Assembly: GCA_963705305.1 (NCBI GenBank)
Contig: OY970067.1
Location: 5,056,001-5,120,000, forward strand
Direction of reading: 5' to 3'
From: an uncultured Methylomirabilota bacterium
GTDB lineage: Bacteria; Methylomirabilota; Methylomirabilia; Methylomirabilales; 2-02-FULL-66-22
Length of the DNA stretch: 64,000 nucleotides
A model generated the notes under the pieces. It saw only the letters and a program-made list of their open reading frames with translations. It was not told the origin of the DNA and made no database searches. Both the position numbers and the translations under genes were made by a program. Shown here piece by piece: positions 1-9,737 of this stretch; positions within the stretch are counted from its first letter, which is position 1; the number at the start of each line of letters is the position of its first letter.

Positions 1-80
1 ACGAAAGCCAGACGGGAAGGCACCGGCCGGCGCTGGCCCGTGGACAGAGCGTGCGGATGAAGCAGTCTTGGTGACGTCAT
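1..80 (-). CDS. 5' part of a gene running off the window edge (MTSPRLLHPH...)
   Basis: ATG at 80, frame open to position 1; sigma70-like promoter upstream on the minus strand. Confidence 0.4.
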   Translation of the reverse strand, partial: MTSPRLLHPHALSTGQRRPVPSRLAF

Positions 81-189
81 GGGGCGAAGAGACAGCGCGG
101 GGGACCCTCGGCTACGCTGCGCGGAATGCCGCTGTCGCGCCTTCCAGTTGCAGGCGGGCCGGCCGACCCGCGGCAGACCGATCGCCCGC

Positions 190-218
190 ACGCTAATCCG
201 CTACCCGCGGGGTGTCAA
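190..218 (-). promoter_or_regulatory. sigma70-type promoter
   Basis: TTGACA-17 nt-TAGCGT on minus strand. Confidence 0.55.
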
Positions 219-258
219 GGGAAAAGCCTCCGGCGGCGAGAACGTCCGGCGCGGCGCA

Positions 259-900
259 TCATCTCCCATCCGGCGTTCCAGGCGGGAGCGGGGGGATCAG
301 CCCGGCCTGGCGCAGCGACGGACCCACCAGCTCCACGAATTGCTTGAGGATCCTGGCCGTGAGGCCCCACACCTGCTGCCCGTCCTGCTCGTAGAAGTAG
401 ACCGGGTACCGGCGGCCATCCCGCTCCCACATCTCTTCGCGGAAGGCGGCCCCGGAGAACAGCGGGATCATGGGCAGGTGGACGAGCGCCTCCACTTCGA
501 ACGGATCCGGTTGAAAGGCATAGGGATATGGCACGCCGGCCACGAAGGGGCGCACCACGTGCCGGCTGCTGGCTGTCAGCGTATCATCCAGGACGCCCAG
601 GATCCGGACGTCCTGGCGCCGCAGCCCCAGCTCCTCCTCCGTCTCGCGCAGGGACGTCGTCAAGAGATCGCCGTCCTCCTCCTTGAACCCACCTCCCGGA
701 AAGGCGATCTGTCCCTTGTGGGTGGGCACCGATTCGGTCCGCTTGACCAAAAGCAGACAGGGCCCCTGCGGCCCCACGTACAGGGGCACCAGGACCGCGG
801 CCCGCCGAAATCCGGCGGGGGCCGCCTGCTGCACCGTCCGCCGGTGCAGGATCGCGGCGATCCGCTCGGACAGGCCTTCAGGCTGTTGCACGCCGTCCAT
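259..900 (-). CDS. Nudix CoA pyrophosphatase
   Basis: AAVLVPL...HKGQIAFPGG...SLRETEEELG Nudix box and VWGLTA motif; GGAGG RBS before ATG 900. Confidence 0.9.
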   Translation of the reverse strand: MDGVQQPEGLSERIAAILHRRTVQQAAPAGFRRAAVLVPLYVGPQGPCLLLVKRTESVPTHKGQIAFPGGGFKEEDGDLLTTSLRETEEELGLRRQDVRILGVLDDTLTASSRHVVRPFVAGVPYPYAFQPDPFEVEALVHLPMIPLFSGAAFREEMWERDGRRYPVYFYEQDGQQVWGLTARILKQFVELVGPSLRQAGLIPPLPPGTPDGR

Positions 901-963
901 CCTCCTTCGCCCGTCCGCTCGAGACCATCTCCGCCCCTGTCCGCGGCCGCGAGGAAAATGCAA

Positions 964-991
964 AGGGGCTCCGGAAGACCCCGAAGCCCCT
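964..991 (-). terminator. intrinsic terminator after tRNA
   Basis: AGGGGCTTCGGG...CCGGAGCCCCT stem followed by TTGCATTTT on minus strand. Confidence 0.7.
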
Positions 992-1003
992 GGCAGAATC
1001 TTG

Positions 1004-1077
1004 TGGAGCGGGTAGCGGGGATCGAACCCGCATCCCAGGCTTGGGAAGCCTGTGCCCTACCATTGGACGATACCCGC
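1004..1077 (-). tRNA. tRNA-Gly(CCC)
   Basis: revcomp GCGGGTA...CAGGC-TTCCCAA-GCCTG...GGTTCGATCCC...TACCCGCTCCA; 74 nt cloverleaf with encoded CCA. Confidence 0.97.
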
Positions 1078-1132
1078 GGCGTGGATTGTTCCTACCAGAT
1101 TGCCGACCGCCTGTCAACAGAAAGGGTCGGCC

Positions 1133-1795
1133 TCATCCCTTGCGGGCATACTCGCAGATGTGGGCCAGCACACAGGTGGGACACAGCGGGCGGCGCGCCC
1201 GACACACCTGTCGCCCGTGCTCCACCAGGTTCAGATGCAAGGCGTGGCGGTTCTCCCGGGGAACCCGCGGCTCCAGGAAGTCGTGGGCCTTTTCCGGATT
1301 TCCGTACCCGTCCAGCAGGCCCAGCCGCCGGCGCACGCGGAAGACGTGGGTATCCACGGGGAAGGCGGGGCGCCCCATGCCGAAGAGCAGGACGCAGGCC
1401 ACGGTCTTGCTGCCGATCCCCTTGAAGCGGCCCAGGAACGCCTCGACCTCCTCGTCGGACAGGTCGCGCAGGAAGCTGAGGTCGAAGTGGCCTTGCGCCG
1501 TCCAGATCTCTTCCAGCAGCGCCTTGATCCGCACCGCCTTGATGTTGGCCAGGCCCCCGCAGCGGATGGCGCGGATCAGATCCCGCAGCGGGGCGCGATG
1601 CACCTGCTCCCAGGAGGAATAGCGGCCCCGCAGGGTGGCATACGCGCGCCCGCTGTTCTCATCGGTGGTGTTCTGGGAAAGCAGGGTCTGGATGAGAGAG
1701 TCCAGCGGGTTGTCCGGCCGGCGCGCGGCTCGCCGGGGGCCGTAGGCCTGATGCAGGAGGGTGGACACTCGGGCCAGCTTGGCTGTGGGACGCAT
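1133..1795 (-). CDS. nth: endonuclease III / HhH-GPD glycosylase with 4Fe-4S cluster
   Basis: LLSQNTTD, GIGSKT HhH, FPVDTHV, C-x6-C-x2-C-x5-C. Confidence 0.9.
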   Translation of the reverse strand: MRPTAKLARVSTLLHQAYGPRRAARRPDNPLDSLIQTLLSQNTTDENSGRAYATLRGRYSSWEQVHRAPLRDLIRAIRCGGLANIKAVRIKALLEEIWTAQGHFDLSFLRDLSDEEVEAFLGRFKGIGSKTVACVLLFGMGRPAFPVDTHVFRVRRRLGLLDGYGNPEKAHDFLEPRVPRENRHALHLNLVEHGRQVCRARRPLCPTCVLAHICEYARKG

Positions 1796-2049
1796 GCGAC
1801 CCCCCGGCGGGAAGAACGAGTCGTACGCTAATGAACCCGCGGGGGAAAGTCAAATCGAAAATCGCAATGTGACGGAGGCCACGCAAGGGCAGGTCTGCCG
1901 CGCGCGCATCGGAGGCGCTGCCCCCCGGATGAAGAAGCTCGCCCCGAGCACCGCGAATGCAGCGGCCCTCCCATGCGTCGCGGACCGCGAATGCTCTCGG
2001 CCGTGCCTGGAGACAGCAAGTCCGATGAGTCAGCAGCGTCCCGCATTGC

Positions 2050-2766
2050 TCAGGATGAGTCTCCCGCGGCGCAGAACGGACACGCGGATCCCGTACATTC
2101 CCGGTTGAGCGGGCTGAACTCGCAGACGATGGGCTGCTCGTCCTCCAGTTCGAGGTGCAGCTCTCTCCGCACGAAAGCCACTGCCGTATGCAGGGCCAGG
2201 AACGTGTCCCGCTTGCAGCAACGGGGACCGCCGTGGTTGGCGATCGTCAAGAGGCTTTCCGCGGTCACGAGGTTGCTGAGGCGCCATTCGGCCTTGGAGA
2301 GCGGGTTCGCCCCCGTGAGCACACTGAGGAAGATCCCAGTTCCCACCGCGGCGCCGCAGGTCCCGCAGAAACCGCAGAACCCGCCCTTGACGTCTTCGGC
2401 CCGTCGCCGGGCGATCTCGATCTTCTTTATCTTTCCTGCCGGGGGAGTGCCTAGCCGATTCAGGGCAGCCGCGAGGAGCACGGCCGGGACCAGGAAGTGG
2501 TGTTCGGGCCCGTGCATCTTGACCGGCGCGCTCCGCATCAGCGTGAGGGCCATTTCGATCGGGGCCGTGGATGCGGTCGCGGAGCAATATCGCTGGATGA
2601 GATCGTTTGCCGAGCCGCTATGGCAGCGATCGCAGACGTAATGGCCCTTCGCACAGGCCACGGTCGTGTCTTCGGCCGCGCCGCAGTAGTAGCAGCGGGA
2701 GGCCGCACTTCGCTCGACGTAGATCAGCTCCTCACCGCAGATCAGGCAGCCGGTCTTCTGCTCCAT
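2050..2766 (-). CDS. Cys-rich DUF5714-family protein
   Basis: CLICG/CYYCG/CAKGHYVCDRCH N-terminus; MHGPEHH, GGFCGFCGTCGAAVG, GGPRCCKR motifs. Confidence 0.8.
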   Translation of the reverse strand: MEQKTGCLICGEELIYVERSAASRCYYCGAAEDTTVACAKGHYVCDRCHSGSANDLIQRYCSATASTAPIEMALTLMRSAPVKMHGPEHHFLVPAVLLAAALNRLGTPPAGKIKKIEIARRRAEDVKGGFCGFCGTCGAAVGTGIFLSVLTGANPLSKAEWRLSNLVTAESLLTIANHGGPRCCKRDTFLALHTAVAFVRRELHLELEDEQPIVCEFSPLNRECTGSACPFCAAGDSS

Positions 2767-2910
2767 TGGTACCGCTCCTCCTCCCGAGACGGGCAAGACC
2801 ATGCAGGATGGCCACAGCCAACCTCATCACGGATTCCAGCTGCTCCCGGGAGCTGAGGACGGAGAATCGGCCCGTTCCGTCTCGGACTGCCTCGACCCCC
2901 GACGGCCGCC

Positions 2911-3405
2911 TCACCGCTTCCCGATGTCCTCAAGTCGGCGTTGGAGCGACATCGCATCCAAGGATTTCAGGGGCAGGTTGAGAAACAGCTCGATCCGACG
3001 CCGCAGAACGGCCGCGACGCCGTGAAACAGCCTGCGCTTCTTGTCTTCGGGACCTTCGAAGGCCGCCGGGTCTTCCACGCCCCAGTGAGCCGTCATCGGC
3101 TGTCCGGGCCAGAACGGGCAGACCTCTCCCGCCGCGTTGTCGCAGACGGTGAACACGAAATCGAGGGGCGGCGCCCCCGGCTCGGCGAATTCGTCCCAGC
3201 TCTTGCTGCGCAAGCCTTCGACGGGCAGGCCCATGCTGCGGAGCGTCTCCAGCGCCATCGGGTTTACGCTGCCGGTCGGATGGCTGCCGGCGGAATAGGC
3301 GCGGAAGTGGCCCCGCCCCAGCTGGTTCAGAATCACTTCAGCCAAAATGCTCCGGGCGGAATTGCCCGTACACAGGAAAAGAACATTGTACACGCGCTCA
3401 GTCAT
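2911..3405 (-). CDS. arsC: arsenate reductase (LMW-PTPase fold)
   Basis: VLFLCTGNSARS P-loop, TVCD, CPFWPG, HWGVEDP. Confidence 0.92.
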   Translation of the reverse strand: MTERVYNVLFLCTGNSARSILAEVILNQLGRGHFRAYSAGSHPTGSVNPMALETLRSMGLPVEGLRSKSWDEFAEPGAPPLDFVFTVCDNAAGEVCPFWPGQPMTAHWGVEDPAAFEGPEDKKRRLFHGVAAVLRRRIELFLNLPLKSLDAMSLQRRLEDIGKR

Positions 3406-3470
3406 CGAAATCTCCTCCCCCGGTCGCCAGCCCTCCCGGCCCCCCGCCCCGCCCGTGGCCGGTCCATCGG

Positions 3471-4553
3471 TCACCCGCGCGCCGCGGCAGGCCGGACGGC
3501 GGTCGCGGGGACGGCGAAATAGCGCCGCTGGAATCGGAAGGCCACGTTCAGGAGGCCGATCAGAACCGGCACCTCCACCAGCGGCCCGATGACCGACGCG
3601 AAGGCGGCCCCGGAGTTCAGCCCGAAGACGCCGACCGCCACCGCGATCGCCAGCTCGAAGTTGTTGCTGGCCGCGGTGAAGGACAGGGAGGCGGCTTGGG
3701 CATAGTCGGCCCCGGCGCGCTTGCCGAGCGCAAACGAGATGAGGAACATCGTGACGAAGTAGACCAACAGCGGCAGGGCGATCCTCAGAACATCCAAGGG
3801 AAGCCGGACGATCACCTCCCCCTTCAGACTGAACATCACCACGATGGTGAAAAGGAGGGCGATCAGCGTGAGGGGGGAGAGCCGGGGAATGAACCGGGTC
3901 TGATACCAGGGCTTCCCCTTCGCCGCAATCAGGCAGAACCGTGTGCTCACCCCGGCGATGAACGGGATCCCCAGGTAGATGAACACGCTCTCGGCGATCT
4001 GGCGGATGGAGACCTGCACGACAGCGCCCTTCACGCCCAGCCACGCCGGCAGGACCGTCACGAAGACGTAGGCAAATCCCGAATAGAACAGTACCTGGAA
4101 GATGGCGTTAAAGGCCACGAGGGCTGCGCAGTACTCCGCATCGCCCCGGGCCAGGTCGTTCCAGACGATGACCATGGCGATGCAGCGCGCCAGGCCCATC
4201 AGGATCAGTCCGACCATGTACTCGGGACGGTCTCTCAGGAACACGATCGCCAGGGTGAACATCAGGACAGGGCCGATGGCCCAGTTCAGCACGAGGGAAA
4301 GAGCCAGCACCCGCACGTCCCGGAACACCCGGCCGATCTCCTCGTACTTCACCTTGGCCAGGGGAGGGTACATCATCAGAATCAGCCCGGCCGCGATCGG
4401 CAGCGATGTCGTGCCGACCTGGGATGCCGAGATCCAGCCCGTGCTCGACGGAAAGAAGTACCCCTGGGCGACTCCGGCGAACATCGCCAGGAAGATCCAG
4501 AGCGTCAGGTACCGATCCAGGAAGGACAGTCGCGTGCCGACGTGGTCCGTCAT
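3471..4553 (-). CDS. acr3: ACR3-family arsenite efflux permease
   Basis: [51 protein letters not shown]. Confidence 0.95.
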   Translation of the reverse strand: MTDHVGTRLSFLDRYLTLWIFLAMFAGVAQGYFFPSSTGWISASQVGTTSLPIAAGLILMMYPPLAKVKYEEIGRVFRDVRVLALSLVLNWAIGPVLMFTLAIVFLRDRPEYMVGLILMGLARCIAMVIVWNDLARGDAEYCAALVAFNAIFQVLFYSGFAYVFVTVLPAWLGVKGAVVQVSIRQIAESVFIYLGIPFIAGVSTRFCLIAAKGKPWYQTRFIPRLSPLTLIALLFTIVVMFSLKGEVIVRLPLDVLRIALPLLVYFVTMFLISFALGKRAGADYAQAASLSFTAASNNFELAIAVAVGVFGLNSGAAFASVIGPLVEVPVLIGLLNVAFRFQRRYFAVPATAVRPAAARG

Positions 4554-4989
4554 GGTGGCCTCCATCAGGGAAGGGGACAGATACATATGCTGAAATCAGC
4601 ATGTATTGAGACCAAAAAAAATCAGCCGCCTGGCGTCCGACGGCGCAGGCGCGCGGGCGACGCCCCGCGCGGCGTAACCGGGATTCGTCGGCGCGCGCGG
4701 TGGACTCGGAGGCCAAGTGGACGTCCAGGACCTTGATCAGCTCCCGGTACACGGGCTCGCGATCGATCATGGCAGCCAGCCGGTAGTGCATCCACCGCCC
4801 TTCTCGGCGCGCCTCGACGAGCCCGGCGGCTCGGAGCTGTCGCAGATGCCGGGACACGGCGTATTGGGGCAATTGCACGGCATGCACCAACTCGCATACA
4901 CAGGCCTCTCCGCGCAGCAAGAGACGCAGCAGGCGCAGCCGCACGGGATCGGCGAGCGCTCCGAGTATCACCGTCACCTGCTCCAGCAC
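4108..4989 (-). CDS. arsR: ArsR/SmtB repressor; ArsR domain ends near 4620 but the frame reads on into acr3
   Basis: [49 protein letters not shown] before GTG 4989; no stop until 4108. Confidence 0.85.
   Translation of the reverse strand: MLEQVTVILGALADPVRLRLLRLLLRGEACVCELVHAVQLPQYAVSRHLRQLRAAGLVEARREGRWMHYRLAAMIDREPVYRELIKVLDVHLASESTARADESRLRRAGRRPRACAVGRQAADFFWSQYMLISAYVSVPFPDGGHHDGPRRHATVLPGSVPDALDLPGDVRRSRPGVLLSVEHGLDLGIPGRHDIAADRGRADSDDVPSPGQGEVRGDRPGVPGRAGAGSFPRAELGHRPCPDVHPGDRVPERPSRVHGRTDPDGPGALHRHGHRLERPGPGRCGVLRSPRGL
4585..4604. promoter_or_regulatory. putative ArsR operator upstream of acr3
   Basis: palindrome ATATGCTGA-AA-TCAGCATGT; matches the site at 5005-5024. Confidence 0.65.
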
Positions 4990-5004
4990 AATCTGATTCT
5001 CCTC

Positions 5005-5051
5005 ATATGCTGCATTACGCATATATTAGCCGCCTTGCCCGCAGCTGTCAA
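5005..5051 (-). promoter_or_regulatory. arsR sigma70 promoter with overlapping operator
   Basis: TTGACA(5051-5046)-17-TAATAT(5028-5023); ATATGC-N8-GCATAT at 5005-5024. Confidence 0.75.
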
Positions 5052-5184
5052 GCCGCTTTCATCACGCGGACTTGTGTGCCGACAAAAATCACCTATTTCT
5101 TGCAGTGCCCGGCTCCTCCTTGATCGGCGAGCCAATGAGGGGTTGAGCTGCGACCCCCCCGCCTGTCGCCGGACTGGTATTGAG

Positions 5185-5213
5185 TTGACACCCACCAGCC
5201 CCTTCGATACGCT
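5185..5213 (+). promoter_or_regulatory. sigma70 promoter for mgsA
   Basis: TTGACA-17-TACGCT. Confidence 0.6.
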
Positions 5214-5316
5214 TCCCAACAAGGTATCCCGCTTTCGTAATTGTCGCGGGGCTCGTTCGACGATATTCCTCGCCCCGTGAAAGCGGTCTCCGTCCCAGAG
5301 AATCGGAGGAGTGTGC

Positions 5317-5808
5317 ATGCCTCACAAGAAAGTCGCCATGGAACATGACAAGAAGATCGCCCTCGTGGCGCACGACAACAAGAAGGCTGATCTGGTTGAA
5401 TGGGCCAAGTTCAATAGCGTGCTCTTGGCGCACCACAGGCTCTACGCCACCGGGACCACCGGCGAGACCTTGGAGCACGAGCTGGGCCTGACCGTGAGCA
5501 AACTGCAGAGTGGACCCCTGGGCGGGGACCAGCAGATCGGCGCCAAGATCGCCGGCAACGAGATCGACTTCCTTATCTTCTTCTGGGATCCGCTGGAGCC
5601 GCAGCCCCACGATCCAGATGTCAAGGCGCTCTTGCGCATGGCGGTCGTGTGGAATATTCCCGTGGCCTGCAACCGCGCCTCCGCCGATTTCATGATCTCC
5701 TCCCCTTTGATGGATGGCGCGTATGATCGTCTGGTGCCGGATTATGACCTGTATCGGTCCCGGAAGCTCCCGCGGGGCGAAGCCGGAGAACAAGGGGCGG
5801 CCGAGTGA
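5317..5808 (+). CDS. mgsA: methylglyoxal synthase
   Basis: [39 protein letters not shown]. Confidence 0.96.
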   Translation: MPHKKVAMEHDKKIALVAHDNKKADLVEWAKFNSVLLAHHRLYATGTTGETLEHELGLTVSKLQSGPLGGDQQIGAKIAGNEIDFLIFFWDPLEPQPHDPDVKALLRMAVVWNIPVACNRASADFMISSPLMDGAYDRLVPDYDLYRSRKLPRGEAGEQGAAE

Positions 5809-5991
5809 GCCGCGGGAGCCGACTTCATTTAGACGCTCGTTCGACGGGACGCTGCTTCTTTATTTGCTTTGCTCAAAGCGCCTCCAGTCTCCGAGGGAAC
5901 CGCGACAAGCGGCGGGTAGCTCCTCCTGCTCGGCGGTTCAGCTCGTCGGAGAACACAGTGCCTCATTTGGCTATCCCGCTCCAGATTGGCG

Positions 5992-7413
5992 CTAGAACAG
6001 CCCGATGGCCCTCCAGTAGAATGACCCGAGGCCCATCCAGATGACGAGATAGACCAGGGACACGAGGGCGCCCACCCCCCACCACCGCTTCAGGCTGACG
6101 TACCCGGCCCCGAAGTAGACGGGGGAGGGGCCGCCGCCGTAGTGGGTCAGGCACACACACAGGTTGGAGAAGAAGGCAAAGATGAGCGCCGCGAAATACG
6201 GGGGCGCCCCGACCGCCACCGCCACCGTGAGGAACGGCACGAAGAACGCGCTGACATGGGCCGTGAGGCTGGCGAAGAAGTAGTGGGAGTACATGTAGAC
6301 CAGGGCCAGGATGGCCAGGGCCGGCAGCCAGGGCCACCCCTTCACGTAGCTGCCCACGGCCATCGAGAACCACTTGATGAGGCCCAGCTTGGCCAACATG
6401 GTGGCCATGCCTACCAGGCCGCCAAACCAGATCAACGCATCCCAGCCGGCCCGCTCGGCGAGCACGTCCCCCCACCCAATGGCCCCCAGGACCAGCATGA
6501 GGCAGAGGCCGAGGAAGGCGACGACGGTGGCGTCGATGTGGGTCCAGGAGCCCGTGAGCCAGAGCAGCAGGGCCAGGGCGAAGGCGCCCAGCACCACCCA
6601 CTCTTCGCGCCGCATCGGCCCCATCCTGGCCAGCTCCGTCCGGGCCAGCGCGGCGGCCTCCGGGGTCTGGCGAATCTCGGGCTTGACCAGGTGGAAGATC
6701 AGGAACGGGATGAGGAAGAAGGAGAGCACCCCGGGCCCGAGGGCGGCGAGCGCCCAGCCCCCCCAGGTGATCTCCACATTGATCGTCTTCTTGGTCAATT
6801 CGGCGATGAGGGGGTTGGCCGCCATGGAGGTCAGGAACATGGCGCAGGTGACGCCGTGCACGTGGTAGGCGCTCAGCATCAAGAAGTTCCCGATGCGCCC
6901 GGCCGTCGGGCCCGGCTCGGAGCCGTAGGTTGTCGCGAGGCTCTTCACGATGGGGAAGAGCACGCCGCCGGTCCGGGCGGCTCCCGAAGGAATCCCGGGG
7001 GCCAGGACTAGGTCACTCACGGCCAGGGAGTATGCCAGGCCCAGCGTGCGGTGGCCGAAGGTGCGGATGAAGACGAACGCGATGCGGCGCCCCAGGCCGG
7101 TCTGGCTGAACGCCCGAGCAAAGAGGAAGGCGACGACGATCAGCCAGACGGTCCCGTTCATGAAGCCATTCAAGGCCTCGGCGATGGAGAGGGTGCCCGT
7201 GAGGGCGGTGAGGGTGGTCCCGATGAGCACGACGGCGCCCATGGGCAAGGGCTGCAGGATCAGGCCGATGATCGTCCCGAAGAAGATCGCAAAAAGGTGC
7301 CACGCCTTGCCGGTGACGCCTGCGGGCATCGGGAGGACCCAGATGACCGCCGCGACCAACGCGGTGGCTGCCCCCCGCAGGGCTCGGTTCTGCGTCGACT
7401 CATTGGCGCTCAT
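5992..7413 (-). CDS. DASS-family dicarboxylate/anion transporter (2-oxoglutarate/malate translocator-like)
   Basis: QPLPMGAV, TGLGRRIA, PSGAARTGG, SHYFFASLTAH, THYGGGP; many TM helices. Confidence 0.9.
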   Translation of the reverse strand: MSANESTQNRALRGAATALVAAVIWVLPMPAGVTGKAWHLFAIFFGTIIGLILQPLPMGAVVLIGTTLTALTGTLSIAEALNGFMNGTVWLIVVAFLFARAFSQTGLGRRIAFVFIRTFGHRTLGLAYSLAVSDLVLAPGIPSGAARTGGVLFPIVKSLATTYGSEPGPTAGRIGNFLMLSAYHVHGVTCAMFLTSMAANPLIAELTKKTINVEITWGGWALAALGPGVLSFFLIPFLIFHLVKPEIRQTPEAAALARTELARMGPMRREEWVVLGAFALALLLWLTGSWTHIDATVVAFLGLCLMLVLGAIGWGDVLAERAGWDALIWFGGLVGMATMLAKLGLIKWFSMAVGSYVKGWPWLPALAILALVYMYSHYFFASLTAHVSAFFVPFLTVAVAVGAPPYFAALIFAFFSNLCVCLTHYGGGPSPVYFGAGYVSLKRWWGVGALVSLVYLVIWMGLGSFYWRAIGLF

Positions 7414-7541
7414 GGCATCCCCCTTTCACGGGAAACCGGTGATCCGGAATTCTTCGGATCGATTCTCATGGCACGATCAGCCCAACGGCTCCACGAATCT
7501 GCGCCATCGATGAAAGAAGGGGCGGCTACCGCCAGCAAAGG

Positions 7542-7979
7542 TCAAAGGGCAACGGCACTGAGGGGAGAATGGGGTTCGACCGATTCGGGGGATGGTGACC
7601 TCATGATGGAGTGTTTCAGGGCAAGCTGTCTCCGCGGGAGGAGCGGGCTATTGCAAAGCCAGGGGCCTCCGTGGACGTCCCCGCAGAGCGTTCGCCGGAG
7701 ACGGTGTCCATTGGAAACCTCCAGGTCGAGATGGGCGGGAAAGGGGGAGAGGTCGTAGCGAACGGGGCGATGGGGTCCTGTCTGGGCGTAGGAGGCCACA
7801 ACGGAGTGGTGGCCGAGATGTGTCGTGAAATTCGAGCGATCCAGATTCAAGACGTCGAATGCGAGATACGAGCAGAATAGCCCGGCGCCCGGCGCCCACC
7901 ACAAGCCCCACGCGAGCCCGAGCCGCCTCACAGTCCACCTCACCTCATGGTTCCTGCGGACAGCGTAACCACCTATCAT
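7542..7979 (-). CDS. possible hypothetical or degenerate gene
   Basis: 145-aa ORF with hydrophobic N-terminus; no recognised family. Confidence 0.25.
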   Translation of the reverse strand: MIGGYAVRRNHEVRWTVRRLGLAWGLWWAPGAGLFCSYLAFDVLNLDRSNFTTHLGHHSVVASYAQTGPHRPVRYDLSPFPAHLDLEVSNGHRLRRTLCGDVHGGPWLCNSPLLPRRQLALKHSIMRSPSPESVEPHSPLSAVAL

Positions 7980-8139
7980 AGGCCCTGGGCACTGTCAATG
8001 CCGGAACCCTGCACTCGCGAGGAAGTTCGGACAGGAATCCGCGTGCTCCTCACCCCTGCGGGCGGCGGTCACACTTCACAACGGCCTCCCGGTGAGAGGT
8101 CGGCTCTGGCTGTGGACACGTCCCGTCGTATCCTCCAGG

Positions 8140-9659
8140 CCCTAATCTCCGGCTAAGCGGTGGCCAGCCGGGCGATCTTGCGCCGCGCCCGGACGAGCAA
8201 GGCGTGCTGCAGGGCGCCCGAGAGCCGCAAGAGCGTCCGTCGGGCATGCGCGACGACCTTCCCGACGGTGTTGAACAGCAGGAACCGGAGACGCTTCGGC
8301 CGGGCGGTCCGGAGATCTCCGGGTAAGGTCAACCGCTTGAGCGCGGTGAGCAGGTTGTAGGTGAGCACGTTCAGCCGGAACCAGGCGGCGTTCGCCCCGA
8401 ACTTCCCACTGGGCAGCGCGGCGGCCGCCAGCTCGGTCTTGAGGACGTGATGGGTGTGCTCGATGGTCCCTGCTTTCTCCCGGTGCCACCGGAGGATCGT
8501 GAGCCCATCCTCCGGCCGATTGGTGACCACGGCGAAGTACTGCACGCTACTCCCGTCGGCGAAGAGGCTCCCCTGGCGTCGCTGGATACGCACCGCGAGG
8601 TAGCGGCGAACGCACGGCCGCGCCTTCCGGTGATCGCCATCCTCGGGGACGTAGGGGACTTCGGCCCAGGCCCGGATCGCCTCGGGCTCCTCCCGCTCGA
8701 GCTGCCAGGCGGCCGCGGGGAGGCGCCGGATCTCGGCCTGGAGCTGCGCGGACATATCGGCGCTAATCGCGTAGGCGATTTTCTTCTCCTCGCACCAGCG
8801 GAGGACCTCCGTCTCGTAGAGGGCGCTGTCGGCCCGCAGGGAGATGCGGTCCACGCCCTGGGGCAAGTTGGCCACCGCCTGTTCGAGGACGCGCACGTTG
8901 CCGCACCCGGCGGGCACCTGGCCATCGCGGAACTGGTCGTGCACGATGACATCGTGCTCGGCCCAGAGGACCACGACGGGCTGGTAGCCCCGGGTCCCGT
9001 CGTAGGCCACGGTCGCCGCGTCCTTGTGGCTCTCGACGAGCGTCGCGTCCACATCCAGGGTGGCCGTCGCCGCCCGGGCCCCGCGCTGGACGCCCGCGAC
9101 CAGCGTCCGGTTCGCCTGTCCGAGGCCCGCCAAGGGGGCGGACTCCAGGGGGACCGTGGCCGCGGGCCCGGCCACCCAGAGCGGCCCGTCCTCCACGTGG
9201 AAGGCCTCGAGGAAGTCCCGGACCGTGGTCGCGGCCGGCAGGGGGTAGCCGAGCAGCGTGGCCAGGGCCTGATCCTCCCGGAGCGTCGTGAGGTCCTGGC
9301 AGCGGTCCCCGCCGCTCGTCCACAACGCGACGAGACTCTCCACGAGCTGCGAGGGGGGTAATCCGCGCTGCCGCTGCTTGACCGCAACGTGGGTGTCGAC
9401 GGCCTGGGCCACCCCGAGCTGGCGGAACAGCTCGATCACGAGCGGGACCCCGGCCCGGCCCGTGACCAGCGTGGGGTCGATCGCGTCATCGATCTCGAAC
9501 GGCAACCGGGGCGAGGTGTCGGGCATCGCTCTCCTCCTTGTGGTGTTTGCACCCACTGGGTGAAACCAAGCAAGGCCGATGCCAACCCCGCGGGCCGCGC
9601 GCACTGCGGGCCGCTGCGTGATTCGCGATCCCCCTCAACTTCTTAGCCGGAGATTAGGG
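8140..9659 (-). mobile_element. IS1380-family insertion sequence, 1520 bp
   Basis: perfect 18-bp TIR CCCTAATCTCCGGCTAAG (8140-8157 / 9642-9659); flanking direct repeat TCCAGG (8134-8139 / 9660-9665). Confidence 0.93.
8153..9526 (-). CDS. IS1380-family DDE transposase
   Basis: TGRAGV, TLDVDAT, GYQP, LRADSA, EHTHHVLK, PSGKFGANAAW; AAGGAGG RBS; stop codon lies in the TIR. Confidence 0.92.
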   Translation of the reverse strand: MPDTSPRLPFEIDDAIDPTLVTGRAGVPLVIELFRQLGVAQAVDTHVAVKQRQRGLPPSQLVESLVALWTSGGDRCQDLTTLREDQALATLLGYPLPAATTVRDFLEAFHVEDGPLWVAGPAATVPLESAPLAGLGQANRTLVAGVQRGARAATATLDVDATLVESHKDAATVAYDGTRGYQPVVVLWAEHDVIVHDQFRDGQVPAGCGNVRVLEQAVANLPQGVDRISLRADSALYETEVLRWCEEKKIAYAISADMSAQLQAEIRRLPAAAWQLEREEPEAIRAWAEVPYVPEDGDHRKARPCVRRYLAVRIQRRQGSLFADGSSVQYFAVVTNRPEDGLTILRWHREKAGTIEHTHHVLKTELAAAALPSGKFGANAAWFRLNVLTYNLLTALKRLTLPGDLRTARPKRLRFLLFNTVGKVVAHARRTLLRLSGALQHALLVRARRKIARLATA

Positions 9660-9737
9660 TCCAGGGCCGTCGCCTTTACTTCACCGGAGTGGGCATGTAT
9701 ATTTGAAATGAACGGATCTACACCCAAGGAGGCGGCC

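Noticed and set aside
81..190. Structured leader (GACAGCG/CGCTGTC stem) as a riboswitch
   Set aside because: No conserved riboswitch motif recognised; GC-rich stems arise easily
1004..1077. tRNA-Gly as an island integration site
   Set aside because: No integrase nearby and no duplicated tRNA 3' end seen in the window
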